Shown one piece after another: positions 28,983 through 37,549 of a DNA stretch of 64,000 bases. Made by a program: the position numbers and the translations under genes. The first letter of the stretch is position 1; each line of letters starts with the position of its first letter. The notes under the pieces were generated by a model. It saw nothing but the letters and a program-made list of their open reading frames with translations. It made no database searches and was not told the DNA's origin. Where the stretch lies: sequence record NC_048182.1; one strand, written 5' to 3'.

Positions 28983-31313
28983 TTAGAAACGATTGAATCG
29001 ACCAAAGCGAGATTTCTTGGCTCTTGCATCAACAAGACGTTTTTGTCTTTCTTGTTTAGCGTTCTCAATAATTTCATCAATAGTAATTGTCTTACGCATT
29101 TCTTTAGGGATCAGCGTAGACAGTTTACGAACCTCTGCTTCAATACGATTAGCGATGGTTGCATTATCGGTATTGAGAAGTTCTTTGGTCAGACTGTTGA
29201 TGCGCTCTTTAATACGAATGAACATATCTAACTGGGCTTTGGTATACTGGGGTTCATCGCCATTGTCTTTCAGAGTTTTAACCTCTGTCATGGTAGCACC
29301 CTGTGGCACTCCATAATAAGACTTGTTATAACCAAGCTTAATAAACCAGTAAGTCAGTAACCAAGCAATGACCAAGTCATCGTGTCCTTTTGACGCGTGG
29401 TCAATACGTCCATCTTTATCAACTTCCAATCCGATCAGTTCATCGATAAGTAACGGATACCCAATCCCTGCACCAGTAAGGCTAACAGCTTCAAAGATAA
29501 AGCCATACATCTCACGACGAGTTTGTGGGGTGGTTGCAAATCCAAACTTACCTTTATATTTGAGGTAGAACTCTTTTGTTCTGTATTTGAAGTTAACTTC
29601 TTTTACATCACGGAGTTCTTTCTCATAACGAATTGGATATTGATAGATGTCATTGAACAGTCGTTTAAATGGATCAATACCATAAGCAGGCAGAGTAATA
29701 AGCAGTCGCTCAATCATCATTGCTGCACGGTTACGTTCAATAACGAGCATGGAGTTAGGGATGCGTATCAGGAGCTCTTTAACCACGTCTGTAACGTCAT
29801 CAAGGAATGCAAGAGGATAACGTCCTGTCCCAATTACCTCACCGCTCTTAAGACGTCTGAGGACCAATGTACAGGCATCTCGGTCGTTTGCATCTGAGGT
29901 ATCCATCCCCATCAGTATAAACTCATCTTCAGCGTTAATGTAGAAGTTAAGTTCTTCTTCTGAAATGAACCAGTCAACAAACAAGCCAGTATCAAGAATC
30001 TCTTCGTTTCTTAAGAAAGATTTCTTACTCCCTGCTAAAGACTCACGGGTGAAGTCGTCGAAGAGTTTGTTCATCCCTTCTTCGGTCCACATCATCAACA
30101 AGTCGATCTTAGCCTTAGACCAAGACAGACCCAGTTTATCCATGGTCTCTTTAACCCAGTTAGGACCAAAGCCTAATTGGAGGTGAGTAAACATCATACC
30201 AATGCGAGGAGAGGTAGTCTTAACTGGGGATGCTTTAATGCAACGCTGAACCAAATGAGACTCAGAGAAGCTATCGTAGAACGATTCACGCCACTCAGTA
30301 GAGTTCTTAAAGTCATCGTGCATGTAACGACCTTCCGCCTTCAGGATCGAGTTAGGCGTTGTCGCTTTGGCTGTAAAGTAAGGAATACCTTTTTCACGTG
30401 CTTCTTTCTGCGCCGTCAGTGTTGCTGGCGCTGCACCGTTTACGATGTTTTCAATGTACTTCGTCCAAGCAGGTTCGTCGTACAAGAGAACTTCAAAGGT
30501 AGAACCACGAGCCACGTTCTCTGCGCCGTCCTCACCACCAGACGGTACACGAACTTCAAAGGTGTTCTTTTTGTCAGCTCCGAATGCTTCATATGAAAGA
30601 ATATTACCAGCATCCTTATCCTTATATGTCATGTTACACATGTAATAAGGGAGTGCCGATCGTATCTTCTTAATTGCTTCCACGAACTGCATACGGTTAC
30701 TTGCGGCCAGGGTAATCAGACCAGTACGGAAACCACGACCTGTCAAATACTGCATAATAAATGTCAGTACCTGCATCCCTACTGTTTTACCTGACTGACG
30801 AGGCATCAAGATAGTAGTAGGGAGGTGGTTCAAGCAACACCAGATAAAACTGATTACAGCACGGTTAGCACGGAAGCGTGAGGAGCCGTTGACTTTCACT
30901 ACTTCACGAATTGCATACCAGATGTTCTCATTACACTCGTTGAGAATCATCATCTGTTGTTCATCCGTCAGATTAGGATCCCATGGGTCAAGATCTTTAA
31001 TCAACGGGTTGTTAATTTGTAAGAGGAAGTAATAGTTCTTGATCCCCATCTGTCTGAACAGTTCAGCAGTACGGAGGAACGACTTATTACTTGTCTCTAA
31101 ATGAACCCCCGCCCCATAACGGGAGAAGTCCTTTAAGAAGCGCACGGTCTTCAGAGTCCATAAGCTGTCTTCTTCATAGTGAGCCACGATTCGTTGATCG
31201 AGATCATCTAAAAGAGTTCGCTTATCCTTATCGTCCATAAGGTATTCTGGAAGAGCCGCCGCTTTACCTCCTAAATGCGTTAGGAGCTTCTTAGCGAGGC
31301 TTAACTTGTCCAT
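28983..31313 (-). CDS. terL: Terminase large subunit
   Basis: Walker A MPRQSGKT, Walker B VLLYDE, and nuclease motifs ILMGMDTS and GHDDLVIAW. Confidence 0.95.
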   Translation of the reverse strand: MDKLSLAKKLLTHLGGKAAALPEYLMDDKDKRTLLDDLDQRIVAHYEEDSLWTLKTVRFLKDFSRYGAGVHLETSNKSFLRTAELFRQMGIKNYYFLLQINNPLIKDLDPWDPNLTDEQQMMILNECNENIWYAIREVVKVNGSSRFRANRAVISFIWCCLNHLPTTILMPRQSGKTVGMQVLTFIMQYLTGRGFRTGLITLAASNRMQFVEAIKKIRSALPYYMCNMTYKDKDAGNILSYEAFGADKKNTFEVRVPSGGEDGAENVARGSTFEVLLYDEPAWTKYIENIVNGAAPATLTAQKEAREKGIPYFTAKATTPNSILKAEGRYMHDDFKNSTEWRESFYDSFSESHLVQRCIKASPVKTTSPRIGMMFTHLQLGFGPNWVKETMDKLGLSWSKAKIDLLMMWTEEGMNKLFDDFTRESLAGSKKSFLRNEEILDTGLFVDWFISEEELNFYINAEDEFILMGMDTSDANDRDACTLVLRRLKSGEVIGTGRYPLAFLDDVTDVVKELLIRIPNSMLVIERNRAAMMIERLLITLPAYGIDPFKRLFNDIYQYPIRYEKELRDVKEVNFKYRTKEFYLKYKGKFGFATTPQTRREMYGFIFEAVSLTGAGIGYPLLIDELIGLEVDKDGRIDHASKGHDDLVIAWLLTYWFIKLGYNKSYYGVPQGATMTEVKTLKDNGDEPQYTKAQLDMFIRIKERINSLTKELLNTDNATIANRIEAEVRKLSTLIPKEMRKTITIDEIIENAKQERQKRLVDARAKKSRFGRFNRF

Positions 31314-31419
31314 TCACACATTCACCTTGTCTGTAAATTGAGAAGCGCACAGAGCGCCGTAGGCACTATGCCTTATCAAAGTATAGTCAAACCATAATTC
31401 ATGGTAATCTAACAAAGAC

Positions 31420-31448
31420 CCCTACCCACTCCGAAAGGAGGGGTAGGG
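31420..31448 (-). terminator. Terminator hairpin
   Basis: CCCTACCC-A-CTCC-GAAA-GGAG-GGGTAGGG. Confidence 0.7.
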
Positions 31449-31464
31449 TTATCTTTAATTTATT

Positions 31465-32079
31465 TTACTCTGGATCTTTCTCACCAAGTAATACAAGGAT
31501 TTCATCGACTGTGGTGTGTTCATTGATGTAATGAACTTTGGTTTTACCATTCAGACCGATAATCTCCAGCGAGCGGATATACTTCTCACGAAGTTCATTC
31601 CAGTTAGCTTCTGTCTTGAGGAAGAGATCTTTTTCATCAACTGCACGGTTACAGTTGGCGAGACGCTCTAAGAAGGTAGCATGACTGATGTCAATGAAGA
31701 AGATGTGATCAGGATAGATATCGTGACCAGCAGTTCTCAACATCTCTTCGTTAGCACGCAACACAGCACTACATGGCATGGTTGGGGTTGATTGATAAAC
31801 CATTGAGGACACCACACAACGATCTGAAATCAGACCGCTATAACGGTGTTCTGCAACGACTTCATCAAAGCAGTCAATACGGCCAGCGATGATCATCATC
31901 ATCTCGTAGTGCTTAGGAAGGTAATTCGCATTGTTCATACGCTTTACTTCTGCTGCATGTTCATTACCAGTGTACGGTTCATTTACCGTGTGCCAGCCCA
32001 GAGCTGCGGCTAAACGTTTAGCCAGTTCTGATTTACCTGCAAAGTCAAGTCCTTCAAGGACGGCATACTTACCAAACAT
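31465..32079 (-). CDS. tmk: Thymidylate (dTMP) kinase
   Basis: VLEGLDFAGKS P-loop, EP motif and ISDR...SSMVYQ. Confidence 0.92.
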   Translation of the reverse strand: MFGKYAVLEGLDFAGKSELAKRLAAALGWHTVNEPYTGNEHAAEVKRMNNANYLPKHYEMMMIIAGRIDCFDEVVAEHRYSGLISDRCVVSSMVYQSTPTMPCSAVLRANEEMLRTAGHDIYPDHIFFIDISHATFLERLANCNRAVDEKDLFLKTEANWNELREKYIRSLEIIGLNGKTKVHYINEHTTVDEILVLLGEKDPE

Positions 32080-33551
32080 TAGACCATACTCTCCATTGTC
32101 AAAGTTCGAAGGACAATATAAAGCATCAACGAAGTACGCAAAGACGTGATCTTAATATCCGTCTTGATACCCGTCATTGCTTTAACAATCTCGTCCCCAT
32201 TATTTCGGAGCTTCAGCAATAGAGCGTTAGAGGATTTACTTGAAGTATACGCACCACGAATTTTAAAGAAGATCTCTTTAATGTTGTTGTGTCGAATACT
32301 GTTGCTGTTGAGGTACTCAAACAAATGAGCAATTACGTCATCAACAAACTCACGATACTTCTCACCTTTAGCGTGAGCATACTGGATTGGGAAATCCCGG
32401 AGTATCATTTCAAGCTTATCCGCATCGGTTCTTGGAATCGCTGCAGCTGCATAAGTTGCTAACTCCTGTTTGAAAAAACTATTCTTATCATTCAGGACGC
32501 CACTGATGTAGTTGCGATAACGCGTTTCCTTTTTCTGAACATCTTTGATATTCAATTCACCGTCAAGTACGGCCAGACCGGAATCAGTTTCCACCAGGTC
32601 AACGGAATCCTTAATCTCATAGAGAACTTTGGTGTAGTCGTTGATTACACCTTTGAGACGGGATTCCATATCGTTCACCATGTAAACGATCTTCTTATCG
32701 TTATCCATCTTAGCAATAGTATCAAAGTGAATACCAGTACGAGGATCGATAATGAACTCAGCACGAGCACGGAAGAGATCATTCCATGAACCATAGCGCT
32801 TGATATCAAACTTCAGAGAGAGCTTGTTATACGCCGTTACAGCCACACTGTGTTTGACCAGGTAACCGTAATAGTGGTTCATGATAGAAGTCATGATACG
32901 ATAGTGGAAAAGCATGATGAGGTTAATCATCGCATCTTCTTTAAGGTTACGAGGGAGATCAGACACCCATACCTTATGAAGAAGATAAACGCAAGACAAG
33001 TTAAAGACTTCAGATGAAACTTTAAAGTCTTTGTTGATCCATTTGGTTTTGATCAACTCATCACGAAGACGTACTTCATCAACATCGATAATGTCACGGA
33101 AGAAAGTAACACGGTCAGACGTTTTAAAGAGAACACGGTGAGTACCGAGATATGGAGATCCAAAGAACTCTGTGTGGTCATTGTCTTTAGTAGCAAATCC
33201 ATAAACGTAACGTTTGAGGGTTTTTACCCAACGTTCGTTAATAATGAGATCATCGACTAAACCGTCAAAGATATCTTTAACCGCATCGTCACGGTTATAG
33301 TTAAAGTTTGGTTGTAGTGCTTCCATCCCAGCAACAAACTCTGGGGTGAGCATGTGTTCCATACCACCGAACTGATTCAGGGGAGTATATGGACCAAACA
33401 TGGTTACGGGGCTAAGAGGGTTGGCGGATTCTATCCCTGCCAACATCTCTTGCAATTCTGGATCGGCCATTGAGCGTTCATACAACTCTTCCGGCGTCAA
33501 GTCCACATAACGGTATTTAATAATACCGCTATAAAGATCGCGTTTATCCAC
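32079..33551 (-). CDS. Conserved jumbo-phage hypothetical protein
   Basis: 490 aa coupled to both neighbours; helical; contains KFDIKRYGSW. Confidence 0.7.
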   Translation of the reverse strand: MDKRDLYSGIIKYRYVDLTPEELYERSMADPELQEMLAGIESANPLSPVTMFGPYTPLNQFGGMEHMLTPEFVAGMEALQPNFNYNRDDAVKDIFDGLVDDLIINERWVKTLKRYVYGFATKDNDHTEFFGSPYLGTHRVLFKTSDRVTFFRDIIDVDEVRLRDELIKTKWINKDFKVSSEVFNLSCVYLLHKVWVSDLPRNLKEDAMINLIMLFHYRIMTSIMNHYYGYLVKHSVAVTAYNKLSLKFDIKRYGSWNDLFRARAEFIIDPRTGIHFDTIAKMDNDKKIVYMVNDMESRLKGVINDYTKVLYEIKDSVDLVETDSGLAVLDGELNIKDVQKKETRYRNYISGVLNDKNSFFKQELATYAAAAIPRTDADKLEMILRDFPIQYAHAKGEKYREFVDDVIAHLFEYLNSNSIRHNNIKEIFFKIRGAYTSSKSSNALLLKLRNNGDEIVKAMTGIKTDIKITSLRTSLMLYIVLRTLTMESMV

Positions 33552-34396
33552 TACCGTTTCCTTGGAACCATCATTTTGAGAGAATCGGCTTTACCTTTCG
33601 GATCTGAATAAGCAAAGATCTTTTTCATCTCATTATAATACATATCTTTGAAAGACTGCCCTGCATCTGAGTAACCCTGTATTTCATCCTGGATGTCTTC
33701 AACAGTTACGCCAAAACGAGACACAGCTTCTTGCATCCCACGGCGACAGTGTTTGTAGATATACGCTTTGGTACCCCATTCCACCCACTCAGCAAACTTG
33801 TCATGAGATTTTGGATGAAGGGTAGTAAAGTGATCATCAAAAGCCAATACGACTTTAGCGATCATATTAAACAATGCAGAACCTGCATCGCGGATAATAA
33901 AGGAGTTATTACCCGTCATGGTAATGTTGGTAAAGGTACGCTGAACGTTACCATCATCAAGACCGTTGATCAGACGACTTAATGCGTTGTTCATTTGACC
34001 TGTACCGCAGGTAGCATAACCGGCAAAATTATTGCCGTTCATAATAGCCCGGTTGATATTTCCAGGATAGACTTCGATAACCTGCATGATACGACGACCA
34101 CCGGTTAAGAAGTCTGGTACGTTAACGGCAATTACACCGCCTGCAAGATTTTCAATTCGAGCATAACTCAAATCGACAACCTCGGTAGTACCGCCAGCGA
34201 CGTCCATTAAAGGCGCACACATCTTCATGATGACCTTTTCACGAATCCCCTGATCGATACTAAATTCAGTATTCACGGGTTGCCAAACTGATCCATAGCC
34301 GTTGTTGGGATTCTCAAAAGCGAGCTTCAACATGTACGGCGATATATCAGATGGACCATCCTGAATATAGTTGATGGCAAAATCTATAGCGCTCAT
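33551..34396 (-). CDS. Conserved jumbo-phage hypothetical protein (possibly virion)
   Basis: 281 aa in the same operon as tmk. Confidence 0.7.
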   Translation of the reverse strand: MSAIDFAINYIQDGPSDISPYMLKLAFENPNNGYGSVWQPVNTEFSIDQGIREKVIMKMCAPLMDVAGGTTEVVDLSYARIENLAGGVIAVNVPDFLTGGRRIMQVIEVYPGNINRAIMNGNNFAGYATCGTGQMNNALSRLINGLDDGNVQRTFTNITMTGNNSFIIRDAGSALFNMIAKVVLAFDDHFTTLHPKSHDKFAEWVEWGTKAYIYKHCRRGMQEAVSRFGVTVEDIQDEIQGYSDAGQSFKDMYYNEMKKIFAYSDPKGKADSLKMMVPRKR

Positions 34397-34439
34397 TTAT
34401 AATACCCTTGCAAGGAAGTTACAAAACATTCAGCATAAA

Positions 34440-34471
34440 CCCCCTACCCCGCCCGAAGGTGAGGTAGGGGG
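34440..34471 (-). terminator. Terminator-like hairpin just 3' of the hammerhead
   Basis: Minus strand CCCCTACCTC-ACC-TTCG-GGC-GGGGTAGGGG; the U tract is weak. Confidence 0.6.
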
Positions 34472-34480
34472 AGTACGATC

Positions 34481-34580
34481 TTGCATCCGACGGTTCCTAA
34501 AGGTCTGGAATCCTTTATATCTGGAACCCGTTTCGTCCACTTGTTTTACATCGCCGGACTCGTCAGGGTTTGCGATGCTA
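34481..34580 (-). ncRNA. Hammerhead ribozyme (type I topology)
   Basis: Minus strand: CUGACGA (34566-34560), stem II GUCC/GGAC, GAAA (34534-34531), stem III ACGG(G)UUCC/GGAACCGU and GUC (34491-34489). Stem I is CC/GG plus GCAU/AUGC around a bulge. Confidence 0.85.
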
Positions 34581-35160
34581 CTCCACATGTAGTAGGGTGA
34601 GCTACCCGATATCGTGCTGGTACCCTGGAAGGGACCTATTAGTCAAGATGAACGTCAAAGTTCAAGACTGTATCGCAACTGTCGTTCGGGTAACTCAAGA
34701 GGTGCAGTAAGGCGTAAAGTAATCCGACGTGACATGCCTGTCTCGGTTTCTCTAGCTTACTGCAGAATGGGTGCAACGTTCCCAACTCTGATAGATGTTT
34801 CTTTTTATAACCGCCCTGGAAGGTGTTCGGGTTCTACCTTCATAGATAAGACGAGCATCACCTCGCCATTGCATTCAGCTTATGCTACAGGACATTCTAT
34901 CAGCGCGTCGCTGCGTCGCCGAGGCTAACCAGGGCAACACCCACCAGAGGCTACTTACAGTAGCGGACTTATAAGCCGCCGTTCACCGTCTGGATTTTCC
35001 TGAGTAGTAGCGTACTCAGGTTTTGCCTTCTCCAGCACTCGGGGAGGTGAGACCCCAAACCAGAGAAGGTCTTACAACCAATCTCAGTCGACTGGCAGAC
35101 CCCTGTTATTAGCCCGCATGGCATATAACCCAGATCTACACTTCCCGACACATCGGTTGT
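34481..35160 (-). ncRNA. Large structured non-coding RNA (about 680 nt), family unknown
   Basis: No credible ORF. At least six nested 8-11 bp helices, whose non-Watson-Crick positions are mostly G-U on the minus strand. Confidence 0.75.
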
Positions 35161-35432
35161 TATGCTGTTGCCATTTCCGGAGCATTGTCCGGATTAGCCA
35201 GCGTTTTCACCAAACCTTCGTAACCGCCTTTAATAAAGACGTCATCAACGAAGATCTGAGGAACAGTACGAACCACTTCACCGCAGATCTCAGACAGCTT
35301 TTCGCCATTGATACCTGCTTCAACGATGTTGATGTACTCAATTTCCAGACCTTTTTCTTCGGCCAGGGCTTTAGCACGATCACACCATGGGCAATTTGGT
35401 TTGCCATAGATCTTAACAACTTTGGTTTCCAT
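35160..35432 (-). CDS. grx: Glutaredoxin
   Basis: CPWC active site, TVPQIF and GGYE motifs. Confidence 0.95.
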   Translation of the reverse strand: METKVVKIYGKPNCPWCDRAKALAEEKGLEIEYINIVEAGINGEKLSEICGEVVRTVPQIFVDDVFIKGGYEGLVKTLANPDNAPEMATA

Positions 35433-35440
35433 TATAGTTC

Positions 35441-35566
35441 CTAACCAATAGTAATGTGAATAAAACTGAACAGCCAGATCAGACCTTCAATGGTGGCCCA
35501 GCCAGCTATTGCGCAGATCAGACCGAAAATTACGATCATTCCTGTCCAGGATCCGGAGAACCACAT
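35441..35566 (-). CDS. 41-aa membrane peptide
   Basis: MWFSGSWTGMIVIFGLICAIAGWATIEGLIWLFSFIHITIG with an AAGGTG RBS. Confidence 0.6.
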   Translation of the reverse strand: MWFSGSWTGMIVIFGLICAIAGWATIEGLIWLFSFIHITIG

Positions 35567-35886
35567 AGGTCACCTTTTGAAGTTGTAGAGGATCTCGAGA
35601 GTTGAACTCAACTTATCATTCAGTACAGTTGAAGTAGAGTTGTCTATCTTCACCGCTAATGGGTTCACGACTAAGTCGCTAGAGCATAACTGAACTTGTG
35701 TCCCACGACACGACCCTCATTGATTAGGCTCGAGGTCAGGACTTTAACCTAACTACTGCGACGTCTTCAATGACATCCTCGAAGTTGGAATTACACACCG
35801 AGCAACCGATAGGTGGGAAGTGGATCCCAGGTATGCACTTTAGGCCCTGGCCTGTTGTACCCCGGTTGTACTCGATATGTAATATT

Positions 35887-35972
35887 TGGTGGTAGAGGAA
35901 GGATTTGAACCTACGAAGCCCGAAGGCAACAGATTTACAGTCTGCTCTCGTTGACCGCTTGAGTACTCTACC
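35887..35972 (-). tRNA. trnY: tRNA-Tyr (GUA)
   Basis: Acceptor stem GGTAGAG/CTCTACC plus A-CCA, anticodon loop CTGTAAA, long variable arm and GTTCAAATC T-loop. Confidence 0.97.
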
Positions 35973-36120
35973 TTAATACTTTACTTTCCCTTCAGTGCTT
36001 TCTCTAAAGGGCTTGAAACTTTCTTAGCGAACACATTGTTAGGTTGTTTCTTGTAAATCGCCTGGTTAACTAGAGTTTTAGTTAATTGGGGATTGAGATG
36101 AGGAAACCCACTTGGTGTTC

Positions 36121-36630
36121 TCATTTGGCAGGTCCGGTATGTTGATTACCAGTACCGCTGTGGATGTTCACATGAGGGGAATTAATCTTAAAGTTACCGC
36201 CTACCATATGAACCGTCCCGGCATTCACATCAACGGTAACATCTTTCTTACCATTGATTACTGAAACTGTTACACCAGTCTCGCTGATGATATACGCTTC
36301 CACATCAGAAGTAATATATTCAATGCGAGTCTCTGGATCATCGACGTAGCGTTTGTGAATTAACACAGCTACACAGTTATGCGGAAGATTCAAATCTCCG
36401 GCAAACTCGCCAATCTGTTTTGTTTCCGGACAGACTCGATACAGATCCCAGATATCCCATATATACTTAACTGATTCATGGCTTAATACTGGGAGAACCC
36501 CTTTACCGTTCAACCATTCTTCTCTGATTTTATTAACCGCATCAACGGTTTCATCTGCAGATAAGAAAGTAGCATTCAGATCTAAAGTCGACGGGATTTG
36601 ATTTGGGGTACGAATGGTTTTCAATAACAT
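36121..36630 (-). CDS. Hypothetical protein
   Basis: 169 aa with a GAG RBS. Confidence 0.65.
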   Translation of the reverse strand: MLLKTIRTPNQIPSTLDLNATFLSADETVDAVNKIREEWLNGKGVLPVLSHESVKYIWDIWDLYRVCPETKQIGEFAGDLNLPHNCVAVLIHKRYVDDPETRIEYITSDVEAYIISETGVTVSVINGKKDVTVDVNAGTVHMVGGNFKINSPHVNIHSGTGNQHTGPAK

Positions 36631-36659
36631 GCTTTATCTCACTTAGTTTTGTTAGTAGG

Positions 36660-37060
36660 AGGTTTAGCTGTTTGTGAATAACCCGCTTTTCATTTAAGGA
36701 AGCGCTGATCCCGAAGGAGGGCTGCGGGTTACTATTGTGAGCCGCTATTGCTAAGCTCAGTTCTATCACAGTCGTAACAGAACAAGGTGCCGAACTTAAT
36801 CGGTTGCTTTGCGACTATCTTCATCAATTTAACCTTAAGAGACACCGTGGTCAGTTTAAGGCAGAAGAGGGAGTCTATCCAAATTGTTAATGGCTTATAT
36901 TATCCATGATCGCCACTTCATGGAAAATCCCTTATATACCTAGGCAACCATTAGGTTGATTTGGATTCCAAGGGGAGGTACCTCGGGTAGCTCTGTAGTC
37001 GAGCAGTCGATCCATGGCAAAATTTACTTTGACTACAGAGCTTTGTTCTTAACAGAATAT
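36660..37060 (-). ncRNA. Candidate structured RNA or long leader
   Basis: 12-bp stem at 36989-37000/37031-37042, 8-bp stem at 36679-36731, a UCC-UUCG-GGA tetraloop on the minus strand and further hairpins. Confidence 0.45.
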
Positions 37061-37078
37061 AGTAATCAGCTTAAATTA

Positions 37079-37369
37079 TTAAGCTGGGATGTATTCCACC
37101 CAATCATGACCCATCTGATCGCTAACCGAAGGAACCCAGGTATTTACCGTACCGGTGACCGTGTTAACAATAACGAAGAAAGGTTCGATGTATGGCTGTA
37201 CGCCATTTGGGAGTTCTACATCAGTGGCACGGACAGAACCATGTAACTGGACATAAAGTCCTTTACCATTCCAACCAGTACGCTGGTATTTCTTATGAGC
37301 CGGTCCAACAATCGCTGGAAGAGCTGACGCCCAGGTTACTGGAGCTGGAGCTGCCGATTCTTGATTCAT
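37079..37369 (-). CDS. DUF2829 / Tad2-like anti-defence sponge protein
   Basis: KYQRTGWNGKGLYVQL ... TWVPSVSDQMGHDWV matches the R.GWNGKG / W.PS..D....DW family signature. GGGA RBS before the ATG at 37369. Confidence 0.8.
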   Translation of the reverse strand: MNQESAAPAPVTWASALPAIVGPAHKKYQRTGWNGKGLYVQLHGSVRATDVELPNGVQPYIEPFFVIVNTVTGTVNTWVPSVSDQMGHDWVEYIPA

Positions 37370-37549
37370 TTGGTATTCCCTGGTGAGCTTAAAAAGAACC
37401 CCCATAGCCTGCACGACCCATAGGGGTTAAAAGCGATACCAGCAAGGCATACGCTTTTTCTGCTTACTCAAATTACGAATAAACACAAAAAGAGTAGGGT
37501 GTTTGACACACCCTCGCTCTGAATACGGATATGAAGGAAGCTTAAAACC

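Noticed and set aside
28983-31313. Intron or intein in terminase, RNAP beta or DNA polymerase
   Set aside because: The frames are continuous with ordinary lengths, and I saw no LAGLIDADG/HNH or intein splice motifs.
34945-35005. RNase P-like words (AGGAAAAUCC, GAACGGCGGCUUAU) and a twister-P4-like hairpin (GCGGCUUAUAAGUCCGC) inside the large RNA
   Set aside because: The RNase P words are adjacent and cannot form P4. The twister P1/L1 and GAG elements are missing.
34614-35151. ORF-track ORFs 34614-34928 (+) and 34969-35151 (-)
   Set aside because: No RBS and atypical composition; better explained as by-products of a structured RNA.
35720-35755. HDV-like theta ribozyme or pistol ribozyme after the tRNA
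   Set aside because: A P1-like helix with a G-U pair exists, but no P3/L3 can be formed. The pistol P1 return strand is absent.
36781-36840. c-di-GMP-I (GEMM) riboswitch resemblance on the minus strand (AGGUUAAA...GAAG...UCGCAAAGC)
   Set aside because: P2 barely pairs, the loop is not GNRA, and the G21-C46 pair and 3' ligand-binding strand do not fit.
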